The notes under the pieces: generated by a model | What the model was told of the DNA's origin: nothing | Seen by the model: the letters and a program-made list of their open reading frames with translations, nothing else | The model's database searches: none | Shown here: piece after piece, positions 50,416 to 62,962 of the stretch | Layout: each line of letters opens with the position of its first letter | How positions within the stretch are numbered: the first letter of the stretch is position 1 | Source: Oikopleura dioica | Lineage: Eukaryota > Animalia > Chordata | Assembly: GCA_907165135.1 (NCBI GenBank) | Contig: OU015568.1 | Span: 2,232,001-2,296,000, forward strand | DNA length: 64,000 bases | Reading direction: 5' to 3' | Translations under genes and position numbers: made by a program

Positions 50416-53400
50416 ATGAGCTCTCATTCCTCTCTAGAAATTTCAATCTGGGAGGAGCGTTGGAACTCCGATGTTCGCGCTGCCCGGGCTCTTGCGGCCC
50501 TAAAATTAAAAGATAGCGAGATCAAACGGTTGCGCGAAGAGAATGACTCGCTCCGCGAACGAATCTTCGATACCTCAGCAAGTCGAGATAATCGCTTGGA
50601 ACGACGGTTGTCAGATGCTCGTGAGCAAATTGCTCAGCTCCAGAGCCAGCTTGACGCGTCGAGAAGAGCGAAAGAAAACGCTGTTGATGAGAAAAATGAT
50701 GCGATAACAACGACCAGAGCTGTAAAAGAGCAGCTTTCGTACGCGGAAGGGCGCATCTCCGATTTAATTTGCCAAAACACCGAGTTAGAGCAAAGTCTGA
50801 AGGACCAGAAGTACAAGCCTCGTGTGAAACCATCGACGACAGACATCACCATCAAGGGATTAAAAGACGATCTGGTCGATGCGCAACAACGAGCAGAAGA
50901 AGCGATCAACAAACTCGCGGGAGTGAAGACTCAACGAGAGAATCTCGCGCGACAGCTTCACGAAGCAAGGGAAGAACTGCGAAAAGAAAAGGCGCAATCA
51001 ACGATGGCTTCGGAAACGCTTCGTCGACGACAAGAAGATCTTCTCACAGAACAGGACAGCGTAGAAGACCTTCGTCTCCAAATCGCGGAGCAAAAAGCCC
51101 TCATCACTCAGCTTCAAACGCTCCACGCCGACGCGCAGCTTTTATTGAAAAATCAACAAGTTCAGCACCGACAACAAGTTGTTCATTTCAAAGCGTCGCA
51201 AAAGAAACTACTTTTGTTCTGTAAAAAGCTGGAACAGAAGCACAAGAATTCGCAAGGAAAGGATCAGGCGTTGAAAGAGAAGATCAAAAAGCTGAATTCG
51301 ACACTGAATGAAAAGACAAGCTTGTTACTCGAAATTGAGGAAGCAAGGAAGCGGCAAGATGAAGAAGTTATTTCGCTTAGGTACAGACACTTAAATAAAG
51401 TTTTTATAAATCATATTTTTGGGGCTTGACTGTAATTTAAACGCAGATTGTCTAGCCCAGTTCCGCCAAATATAGTCATAAATGATCATTGACCTTAACA
51501 AGTTACCAAATAAGGAAAAACACGCTGATAGAGCATTGTTGTCATTTGAATTAGAGCATGACTCAAAGATGTTTAATGTATCGATGAATAAGCCTTTTCT
51601 GAACTCTTCCTTTTCAGATTTCAAATACAAGCTCTTCTCGATGAAGCGCAATTAGCTGTCTCAAAGGACGATGTTCTGCAGACAAAGAGACAAGCAAGCA
51701 AAGAACTCAGAGACAAGCAGCTTCAGGAGATCATGGCTGCACATCACAAACAATTAACAGCTGCTACGGAGAGGAGAGGAGCGATGGAAGCGGAGTTGAA
51801 GAATATTATTGAGCAGAATGGAGACTTGGTGGAAAATCTTGACCAGTTGAGGGCGAGGGAACAAGAGCTCAAAGCAAAAGGTACGATTTTGCCCTTTTTT
51901 TTCTAATATCAAACGAGTTTTAGTGAATTCAAAGATTGTTCAATCAAGGGACGCAGAGATAAAGCTCACGAACTTGGAAATAAAAGCTGCTCACTTCGAA
52001 AATCAGTGGATCATCGCAAAAGACAAGCTTGATTTGATGGAAGCCGAGCTCCAGCGATCAGAAAAGAACTCTGATAGACTCAAGCAGAACCTGAAAGATG
52101 TGAGGGTGAAGTTGGAGGGTAAAGATCTGACGATTGAGGAGCTCAATGGAAAGATCGAAGGCTTGAAGGTAAATTTATGATTTCGGTGATTGTTCTTGAC
52201 GTTTATTTTAGCTCAATATGGTCCGAATGCGATATCGGAAAAGGGTTGATGACGATGTCAGCGACGTTGACTCAATCGACGAACCGATGGGTCAAAAAAC
52301 ATCGAGATCGGCAGCGCTGGAAATGAAGATGCTCAAGAACTCGCAGTCTAAGATGGCGAGACAAATCACAGAACTCAAGATGAAAAAAGCTGACGTGGAG
52401 GCAGAGCTCCGAGATCAACGAAAATCACACTTGGTCGTTATCGGCGAAAGGAATGATTTTAAGAAATCGAGAGATCAGCTGAGTGATGAGTGTAGGAAGC
52501 TGAAGAAGGCAAGTTCTATTCAAACACAGAGAATTGAAGCGATGTCAGTCAGGAAAGGTTCTTTATTTCCAGGTTTCTATTGATTTTTGATGAATTTAAA
52601 CAAGAATGATTCTCATTAATTGGTCTGCATTTGCTTTCTTGTTGCAAACATGACATCGAGAAGTTTGTCTTTATTTGATCTCATCTTTTCGCCAAAATAA
52701 ATATATTATAAATAGCATAGCTGTTAATCAGCTGAGACTATCCTTATTGTCTCTCTTATGCATTTTTCCCCAAAAACATGACCACACCGTTCCAACGTAA
52801 ATGAGAAATGATCACCCGTGTTGAAATTGCTTAAAATAGATTCATTTTTTCAAAATAAAAATAAATATCTTTAGTTGACGAGAGTTCAATTACATGTCAT
52901 TTATTTAGCATAAGCTTTTCGCCAATTACGGCTTCTTCAGTGCTTTTGAGATGCAAAGACAGAACTCAAAAGCACTGAAGAAGCCGTAATTGGCGAAAAG
53001 CTTATGCTAAATAAATGACATGTAAAAATAAATAGATGAAAAGTAAAAACTAACTCGTAGCATATCGGACAAGCAAAATTTTCAAGCTTTTCGCGAAGCT
53101 GGTCAATCTCTTCATTTTGAGTTCTTCTATTTTTATATTCCTCCTCCAGTGTTTTCTGAAGTCTTCGTGCTTTATTTTCAAGCTCTTGATTTTTTCTTTG
53201 AAGGGCACCGTTTTTAGCTTCAGATAATTTTCGAAGACTGCTTTCTTCTTTCAGTTTTTCGCTTGATTTCTTCAACTCATCTTCATTTTTCATCATCATT
53301 GATTTGATAAGATCCTTCCATTGATCAGTTTTGTCATTCTTCTCTTTCTCGTGGGCATTTTGAATCTTCAGAATTTGCTTCTCCAATCCACAGATCATAT

Positions 53401-55232
53401 ACTTGTCTTTCTGATGGGCCTCTTGAACATGTTTTAATTCTTGACTTCGTTCAGATAAAGCCGTCTGCAGCTGATGATTTTCGCGAGTCAAGTTTTTAGC
53501 TGCTTCTTTATTCTTCTCGTTCAATTTCTTCAGCTCCTTTTAATCAGTGTGAAGTTTTTATAAGTTTGTATACTTACAATTTGCTTTTCATGAAGGCTGT
53601 TGTTCTTTTCTTCTTGGTCTACTAATTTGTCATGAACCTCTTTAAATTTTTTTTCGCATTCAGTTTTTTCATTTTGTAGTTTTGTCAGTTGATTTTCCTT
53701 CTCCTCCCTCTCTTTCTTCAGCTTCTGAAGCTTAGCCTTTAGCTCTCTTTTTACTTGAATACATTCAAGATGCTCTTGCTGAAGGCTATCGTATTTTTCT
53801 ATGATGAATAGATTTTGCTTTTCAAGCTCGTCGATTTTCATTCCCTTCTCAACTATTTCTTGTTGTAATTTCTTTAGTTTTTGCTTGTCCTTGTCGGTAA
53901 GATTTTTTGACTTGAGTTTACCCAAATAAACCACATTATTTTGCGAACCGTACTTGATTTCGTAGCTTATTTCATACGGGTGTCTGAATCTGCTTTCACG
54001 ATTGACCATCTCGAATTTTTGCTCTTTAAAATTCTTGACAGTCTGAACTCTCTTATATCGCATATCATGATAGCAACACAAAGTATATTTTCATTGTATA
54101 CTCCTGATTTATACTTTTCACATAGAAACCAAGTCCCAAAAAGTCGCAAGTGCTTCTCTTTATGATCGCACTTAATTTTTTAAAGTAAAATAGTCGAATT
54201 TATAACATCTCCATGGAAATATCGAACCGAAAATAAGGATCGAAAAGCTTTCATCGGAAAACCTTAATCTTCGAAACCTTGAGGATCTTCCTGACAAACT
54301 ACGAACAGCTCAAGCACGTGTCAGGAACACCACAGCTGAAAACTCTCATCTTCGAAACAAACTTGAACAAATCGAGAACACCGTCGATTCCGATCAAAGA
54401 AAAACCAGAGGAAGCAAAGAAAAGATCGACAGGCTTCAAAAAGATCTTGAGCAGAAAAAGCTTTTGATTGAGGAGCAAAGATCGAGGATCAAGAATCTTG
54501 AAAAAGAAAGACAAGGTATGCGATCTTTTCAAGTTTTTTATTGACGGTTTCAAGATCATCGAAAAAAAATTGAGTCGCTGGAAGAAAAACTCGACGATCA
54601 GACCTCTTCTTTATGTCAAAATAAAAGAACAAGTCAAAATCTACGTCGGCATGCCCAAGATATCAAAATGGAAAAAGAAGCTGTTTCACGTTAGTCTTCC
54701 TTGATTTTAGTTTTTCTTTATTGATTCAGTTGAGCTTCATAACCTGAGAAAGAAGGTAGAGGAACTGGAGGTCCAGGAAGCAAAAATGAAGATTGATATG
54801 AACAGAAAAGAACGAGAGTTCCAAGCGAAAAAGGAACAGCTTCAGGCGGCAAATGAAGATATGGCGGAATCAAATGATAAAGGTTCAAGATTTCCATTTT
54901 TGTTTCGCTAAAATTGATAAGCTCTTCAACTACTACGCGATCGACTGAATGAAATCAACGGAACCAAGTCGGAACTCGTCAACACCGTCAACCTCCTCGC
55001 CAAAGAGCTTTTCGCAAGAGTCGGCCGACAAAAAGCTTCAAGACAATCTTCTCATACTGGCGTCCAGTCTAAAGTCTGCGAGATTCTGGACATTTCAGCA
55101 TCAGAATTTGGAAACTTAATGACGGACAAGGGTGATCAATCGTGGCTCCAGAGCATACGAGATGTTCTTGATGCAGGAGCAGTTCCTAAACTTTCATAAT
55201 CAAAAGATATTTTGAATCAGATTTCCGATTAA
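50416..55232 (+). CDS. Long coiled-coil protein, unidentified (possibly centrosomal or ciliary); hosts a nested gene
   Basis: Heptad-rich exons 50416-52552; frame resumes at 54238 (RIEKLSSENL..) with an in-frame stop just upstream, so that exon must be internal. Confidence 0.7.
52596..54081 (-). CDS. Nested antisense gene: coiled coil plus C-terminal RFWD3-type RING (C3HGC3)
   Basis: Spliced CPICYDNFNTGDHFSFTLERCGHVFGEKCIRETIRQTSRCHVCNKK; last intron GA-AG (52742-52669); AATAAA at 52567-52562; start uncertain. Confidence 0.8.
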
Positions 55233-55527
55233 TTAATAACTGAATTTGTGTGAACCGCAGAACAGGTGCTCCGTTCGCCGACACTATCGCAAATTCCTTC
55301 AAATACCAGTTAGATGAGCTCACCCGCGCTTCCGCCCCAGTTTCTGGCAGATAAATGTTTAACACTCATCCACCACTGCGCACTACTTCTGAAACTCGAA
55401 AATTTCTCTTTATTTTTACACAATTCTTCTTTTACAATCTTTACATAATGATGCCTTTTTTATTTTTCAACAGTTCCTGATTTATTTTTTCTATTTTATT
55501 CGTTGCTAGAGACTTTTTATAGAGAAG

Positions 55528-58048
55528 ATGCCCTTTGAAAATATCCAAACAATCGCGCCTCTTCCACCAGTCGAGCGAGGTCGTTCCTTCATTCTCTCTG
55601 GCGATCCAAAGGGCAAGAACTTCGTCTACTGCGCTGGAAACTCAGTTGTTATCCGAGATATTGCAAATCCTTCAATTGCGGATATCTACACTGAGCATTC
55701 CGCAAAGACGACAGTGGCGAAATATGCGCCAAGCGGGTTTTATATCGCTTCTGCGGACAAATCTGGCAAAGTGCGAATTTGGGATACCGTCAATAAAGGT
55801 ACGAAAAACGGTAGAAATGAAGCAGGAGCATGATTTGTAGAGCATTTGTTGAAATATGAGTACCACCCCTTTGCCGGCGAAATTCGCGACCTTGCCTGGG
55901 ACGGTGAATCGAAACGAATCGTTGTTGGCGGGGATGGTAGACAGAACTACGCCGCTGCCTTTTTGTGGGACTCGGGATCAAAGTGTGGTGATTTTACTGG
56001 ACTTGGGAAGACTGTTACTTCTGTTGATCTCAAATCTGGTCGTCCTTTTCGTGCGATTTGCGGATCTGATGATTCCACCGCGGTTTTCTACAACGGAGTG
56101 CCTTACAAATTCAACAAATCACTCAAGGTTAGCTCCATTTCTTTCCTCTTTTAACTAACAGAATAGGATCATGATCGATTCGTCAACTGTGTCCGTTTCA
56201 ACCCCGCTGGATCGCTCTTTGCCACCGTTTCTTCAGACGGAAAGCTAATCTTTTACGATGGAAAAGAGGGCGAAAAGAAGTCACAGGTCGACAAAGCCCA
56301 TGGCGGTGGAATCTATGCTTGCTCTTGGAGCGCCGATGGAACGCAAATCGTCACTGCTAGTGGCGATAAAACCTGCAAGATCTGGGATGTGGAGACGAGC
56401 TCTGTTGTGAACGAGTTCGTCATGGGTAAAGATATCAAGGATCAGCAGTACGGTTGTCTCTGGCAGAATAATGATATTCTTTCGGTTTCGCTCTCTGGAA
56501 AGATCAATTATCTCGACAAAAACAGGTAGATGCTCGCGTTAGAGCGACCTAATCATACTTGTTAGTGGAAAAGTAGCGAGAGAAATCAATGGCCATCAGA
56601 AAAACATCAATTGTCTGACCTATCACAGTGGTTTGAAAGCTGCAATTACTGGTGATTATGACGGCAATGTCTGCTATTGGGATGCTCTTGGTGGCGAGGC
56701 AAAATGTTTCACTGGAAAGGTAGAAAATCCTTTAATATCAAATGCAAATTTTAAATCATTTCAAAATAGGTAGATAAAATCAAGTGGGTTATCAAATCTA
56801 CTAATCGGCCTAACAGACACTGCCTCTGAGGCAGGTGTTCTCAGCAGGAATCATTTTACACAAAAGTACGAGCGGTAGTTCTCTAGCACCATCAGTACAT
56901 CTGCTTTATGAATAAGCGCACGACAGAGCGTTGTAATTCATCTCACACGAATTTTACAAAATGACGCGAGTTTTGTTTCCCTTGTTGCAGCTTGATTGAT
57001 GGTGTATCATATATAATAAATATTTATTCAAATTCGAACTTAGAAATTTTCTTCATTAGATATTCATGCAACTGAAAATCCGCAAGCCTCAATGATTCTA
57101 TCACCGTTTTTTTAGGTTGGCCCATCATTTGACCTTTATAGGCTCTTAAACGGATCGAGATAGGGGGATACAATGTGTAGTGAACTTGTAGAGGAGGGTT
57201 TGGAGGTTGTGAGGAGGGGGTTTAGAAATTCAATCATGAATTATATTCAGGGACATGGCTCTTCTGTTAACGACCTTGCCACAGACAACCTTGACGGTCT
57301 CGTCTCTGTCGGCAACGATAACAAACTCCGCATTTCTTCAATTTCCGAGCAGACTATTTCCGATTCCGCGACCGACCTCGGCGAGCAGCCAAAGTCCATT
57401 TCCTTCGCCGGAAATAATCAACCAGTCGTTCTGACCACCGAAAAAGCTTTGGTCGTGAATGGAAACAAAGTTTCAGCGACGAAACTCGGCTTTGAACCAA
57501 GTTGCATTGCTTGCAAAGGAGACAAGGTGATCATTGGCGCGAAGGAAGTTGCTGGTGCTTTCCAGTATTCTCTAGCAGGCGGCGAACTGACGAACAAGAC
57601 TGATATTGCGATCAAAGATCCTGTTGTTGCTGTGAGATTCAGGTTGGACAGCCTGTTTTGCCGGGATAAACTTACTCAATTTCTTTAGCCCTGATGGTCA
57701 AAAACTCGCCGTCGCAGATAAGAGCAACTGTATCAGTATCGTCGATAGTAACGACCATCACATAATCGAAAAAGTCTACGGCCACCGCGCTAGAATCACT
57801 TCCCTAGCCTTCTCAGAAAACGGCTGGCTCGCATCAGGTACGAAATTCTCTTCCTTGAGTCCCAAATTAATTTTTATGAAGGAAACATTGACCAAAAAAT
57901 TATCGTCCACAATTTCGAAGAACGCAAAGTCGAAATTCCCTTGGCTCACCGAATGGCTGCCATTTCCGGCCTCGAGTGGACCAGTGAGACTCGATTGATG
58001 AGCTCTGCCCAAGATGGAACTCTCAAGACCTGGGAAATTTCCTTTTAA
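55528..58048 (+). CDS. WDR1: WD repeat protein 1 / actin-interacting protein 1
   Basis: [52 protein letters not shown]; [10 protein letters not shown]; many WD40 repeats. Confidence 0.95.
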
Positions 58049-58469
58049 AAATTATAGCTCTTCATTGAACAAGAACAAACTTCTTCTGTCCTATCTGCAA
58101 TTCCCGCCAGCCAGAAAATGATACTTTATCAATTGCAAAACACAATAAACAAAAAAATACAAAGTTCAACCGTTACTGAAAACTTCTTCTCAAATTAGTC
58201 TAGTACAAAATTTCATTCAATCACCAGCCTTGTCCTTTAATTTTCGTTCAAAAATTTTCAATTCTTGATTAGCATTTTTCTTGCATCTCATTCATTACTC
58301 AGATTATGACTCAATCTCTTTTGCCTACTCTTTTATGTTTTTATGTAGGTGTGCTTTCTGACCAATCAAAAATCTTCTCTTCTTCAAAATCTTCAAATTT
58401 AGTTTTAGAAAAAAGTTACTTCGCTTTCAACTTTCTTCGTAATTTTTGATTTCTGTATAGTCAGACTGT

Positions 58470-60750
58470 ATGTCGAAAATCGCGAGTTCTCAAAAAAGTG
58501 TCAAAGAAGAACTGAGTACTTTAGCAGAGAAGTATCCAAAAAGTCATGAAAAGCTTACAGTAAAATGTCATACTGAAGAAGTCATCATCTCTTTCAAAGG
58601 CTAGCTACCTTCTCAATCTTTCCCTAACAATAAGAATTTCAGGGAGCTTCAAGCACTCGATCACATGCTCGGTCCCTGATGAGTATCCAAAACAGCTCCC
58701 AATCTGGTTCAGCGACTCGGAAAATGAGTTCATACAGCAGGTACACTCTAACGCTTACAATCTTTGATTTTTATAGAAAAAAACTTTATTTAAAGGTTAA
58801 AAACTTAGATAACTTCTCCGTTATTTTGATTTTCGACCCAATGAGAGTACACCATCGCTAGAAAATAGAGTTTTTTTCTACAAATAATTTCACAAAAATA
58901 TGCAATAAATGCAATGTTGACTTTGATGGTTGTTACCTTGTCTGCCTGCGTTTCTCACTGTTTCAGTCAAACACGTGACCATGATGATCACGAAAGCGAC
59001 TGGAAACATGTAAGGAACGACCGAAGTGGTGAGGATGAGGGCAAGGTAGAACATGCCAAGTTTCATTGATCGAATACTGTCTTGGCGGAAGCGCTCAATT
59101 TGCGCTTGCTGAGCTGCTTCTTGCATTTCTTCCCGTGAAAATGCCTCCGGAATGTCGATGTTAATTCGGCCATGGTTGAGGTCCTAAACAATGAGTAAAA
59201 AAGTTTTTTAATTCTCTGTTTTACCTCGAGAAAAGCGGTGAAACTATCGACGGATCTTCTCAAATCCGGATGAACTGGATAGTCCTCCGCAGGAGCTCCA
59301 GAAATAAGGGTCGCTCTCGAGTTTTGCCCAGGGAAATAAGGTGGTGGCGCGTCAGCTAATCGAGGGCCAGGATTCACTAGATCTGGGTATAAATCTTCAT
59401 ATTTCGGCGGCGCCGGAGGATCTTTTCAGAGTTTCAATTGAAATCATTTGATTTCATTAAATGATTCTTTTTGCGCATTATTACATATTATTTTGAATTT
59501 TTGATCAATTCAACATCTTCCTTCCTCGCTCATTTTTCAATCCGGACTTCCGAAAAACCAAAAAACCGACCGTGATCGCCTTTTGGCCTTCACTAAACAG
59601 CGCATATTCTAGAATTTCGTATTCAGATGCTGGAAGATCTTCAAGGGCCCAACAATCCAGCATTGAAGTCTTCCTTGTCGAAATCTGTGGATCATATTAT
59701 TGCCACTTTGAACGAAGTTTTCCAGCTCGACATAAGCCCTCTCTTGACTTCTCAGGAGGAAAATTCTTCGAGCTCATTCGAGAGCTTGAAATCAGACGAA
59801 ATGAAAGATCTGTCGTTGTCTGATGATGAGGATGAAGAAGGAGAAACAGACGAAGAATTTGACGATGATGATTTGAATTGGGCGGAAGAGAAGGATGTCA
59901 AAGAAAAAATCGATAAGGACGAAGGTCTGACTGAAGAACAATCTGTCGCGATTGAAAAGATATCGTCCAAAGCAGCGAAGAAGCTAGGACAATTCTCTAG
60001 GCAAGTGTTAGCGTAGTTTTCCATTTTTAAGCGGCTTCTTTAGATCATCAGAAGCATCAGTAGCCGCTTCAGATCGTCTTCTCAAAGAGCTGAAAGCAAT
60101 CTACAAATCTGATTCGCTGAAAGACGGCAAATTCAGTATCGAAATCGTTGAAGACAATATTTATGAATGGAAAGTCGTTCTCGTAGGTTTTCTTTTTCGT
60201 TCTTTCTCGCTTATGCTTTGTTCAGCACGATTTTGAACCGACATCACCACTGGCCAAGGATCTTGCCAAACTGTCCGAGATCAAGAAGGAAAAGATAGGA
60301 GTCGAGCTTCGCTTTCACTTTAGTGCGGATTATCCAGTAAGAATTATTTATTATTCTTGAACTAAATGTCCCTAGTTCGCGCCCCCTTTTGTCCGAGTCG
60401 TCGCACCCGTTCTCTACAAAGGCTACACATTTCCAGGGGGAGCAATGTGTATGGAAATGCTCACCGCCGATGGCTGGTGCCCGGCATATTCCCCCGAAAC
60501 AGTCTGCACTCAGATCGCTGTCTCCCTCGTTCGTGGACGTGGTCGCGTTCAGGAAATCATCAAAAAAGAGTTTGAAGAAACTGCCGGAAAGCCAGCTGAC
60601 ATGAGCGAAGAAGAATACAACGGCCGAAGAATGCTTTTCGTCAGCTCAACTCTCAACAGACCAAAATACACTCTCGAGGCTGCGCGATCTGACTTCCGAA
60701 AAATCAGCATTATGCACAAGAAACATGGCTGGCATCCCGAAAAAAGCTAA
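58470..60750 (+). CDS. UBE2Q: Ubiquitin-conjugating enzyme E2 Q
   Basis: RWD-like N-terminus (YPKQLPIWF), acidic linker, [32 protein letters not shown] (catalytic Cys), HKKHGW; intron 1 is GC-AG (58600-58642); intron 2 is 58741-59626. Confidence 0.9.
58805..59533 (-). CDS. Nested antisense gene: small membrane protein with two PPxY motifs, 4 exons
   Basis: MSEE|[19 protein letters not shown]..|..[31 protein letters not shown]..|[17 protein letters not shown]; first intron GA-AG (59520-59422); AATAAA at about 58787. Confidence 0.7.
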
Positions 60751-61128
60751 AAGCTTTATCTATCCATCAAAAGTCCTTCTTCTTAGTCTTCATTTTGTAC
60801 AGTTTATCACTGAAAAATTCTGCTTCTTTCGCGCCCCAGCTATTTGATACTGCTTCGAATGCATTTTTGTTTCGCTCAATTTCAATTTTGAAACGTTCAT
60901 TTATTCAAACACTTATTAAAAGTCCTTCTTTCCTACGATATTATCTATTGTCAATAGACAATTGATGAAATAAGACCATTTCTGCTGCAAATAATAGAAA
61001 ACTGACTTGTCGACTTTTCCCTTAAAAACTTCGCATTTCTGACACATGTTTCAATAAATCACTAAAATCTGCCAATTCTTAAAAGAATTCAGTAAAGTTG
61101 GAACTCCAATTTTCAGAAAGGCTCAAAA

Positions 61129-62669
61129 ATGGCTGAAATACTGCGGCAGCGTGCTCGGCATTACCCAAACTGCTCAAAAATGGTCAAGCAAGTCGAGAAA
61201 ATGCAGCGCTTCTACAAGGACCTTCAACCTTCGGTCAAAAGATACACACATGACAATGGGCATTCTGAAGACTTGGCGAATCTCAATGGCACCATTCCAG
61301 CGTATTACAAGGGCAAGCAATATAATTTTCCGATCGAAATCTGGCTTTACACGAGTTTTCCCGAGAGTGCACCGCTTGTTTTCGTCCGGCCGACATCTAC
61401 GATGAATATTCGCCAGGGTAGACATGTCGATGCAAATGGAAAGGTATGAAATCCCACACTCACAATAACATTTGATTCCCTATTCTAGGTCTACCTTCCC
61501 TATCTGAATGAGTGGTCCGCATCACGATCAAATCTGAATGGACTTATTGGCGTATTAGCGACTTGTTTTGGCTCTGATCCTCCCGTCGTTGCTCGTTCTT
61601 CAACCGCTCCGCCTGCTCGTCCTCCTCAACCAACCGCATACCCTCCACACTCATCCTCAAGTGCTGGCTATCCCGCTGGACCTCCGTCTAGCGGCGGCTA
61701 CTGGGGCGCTCAGAATAATTCAGGCTATCCTTCTCAGCCACCAAGCTACCCCGTGCCTACAAGTGGTGCTGGCTATCCCCCTAGCAATGGCTACCCACCG
61801 AATAGCAGCGCTGGTGGATATCCACCGCCTGCGTATCCGCCAAGCTCAGGTGCTGGTGGTTATCAGCCTTACCCGCCGTCTTCTGGAGGCTATCCTTCCC
61901 AACCCTCACAAGGTACAAATCAGGAAGTGACCTTTTCCTTCATTTTATCATCTCTTTTCAGGGCCAACACCATATCCTCCAGCTCCAAAAGCTTATGGTG
62001 GGACTCAAGGAAATTCTAATTATGGTCGAAGTGATTCTGATACCATTGCCGAGGACGTGATTCTGATGTCAATCCGAGACTCGACAAATGACATTCTAAA
62101 ACGACGCTTTGCTGACGTCCAGGCTCAGTCAAAGAGCGAAGTGGATACACTCAAGGTATTGAAGCCTTTGATTCTTGTAATTATTGCTTCTTAGAGCACT
62201 GAAAGCGAGCTAAAACATGGCAAATCAAAACTCGATGCAATGATGGGGCAAATTGAAAGCGAAAGAGCTTCCTGCGAGGACGAACTTCGACGATGCCAGA
62301 GAATGGAGGAAGAAATGGACCGAGAACTTCAATCACTCGAGGAGTCGCAAGAAATCAACCCAGAAGAAATCATCACGCCGTCGAATCCAATTTACAAGCA
62401 GATCTTTACACATCACAATAAAGAACAGGTACCTTCTATTCTGTAAGAAAGCGTATAAATGTATTTTAAGGCCATCGAAGACGCAATATATTTCCTGAAT
62501 AAAGCACTTTTGCGAGGCAGTATTGACGCTGATACATTCCTAAGAACCGTCCGTCAGCTTTCACGACAGCAGGTTGATCTTGATCCCCTTCAATCATGAA
62601 AAACCGCTGTTTTAGTTTGAGCATAAAACGATCGTCATCAAAGCCCGAAAACGCGCAAATCTCGCTTGA
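61129..62669 (+). CDS. TSG101: Tumor susceptibility gene 101 (ESCRT-I)
   Basis: UEV domain LNGTIPAYYKGKQYNFPI..VFVRPT..HVDANGKVYLPYL; Pro-rich linker; coiled coil; steadiness box AIEDAIY..VRQLSRQQF. Confidence 0.95.
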
Positions 62670-62962
62670 TCGAATTCAAACAAATCTAAACGGAAAATAT
62701 CTCTTCAAAAGATTAATCTTCATATGCCTGTATAATTCGTCTTTACGTTCAATTCTCGTGCAAATACAGTAACAACAAATTATGTCCAAGTGAAAAGATT
62801 CTTACAAAAACCAAGATGAGAAAATATATAACAGAAACTCCTTTCTTCCCTTTTTTGTGCATAAATACGCTTGAATTCTTTTATAAATCGCTTCTTCTGA
62901 TTATTAATGAAAAATATACATCGCTTCACTTTTTATTTTATCAATAACTTCAGGCAGCTCGG

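Noticed and set aside
51421-51540. Intronic hairpin and C/D-like boxes suggesting a snoRNA
   Set aside because: C box imperfect, spacing too short and no guide complementarity identified; needs an Infernal/Rfam search
50416-55232. Naming the long coiled-coil gene as ODF2/cenexin-like
   Set aside because: Only a weak LxDLPD resemblance; coiled-coil similarity is unreliable by eye
56816-56840. Small GC-rich hairpin in the long WDR1 intron
   Set aside because: Too short for a pre-miRNA; no TSD or second arm found
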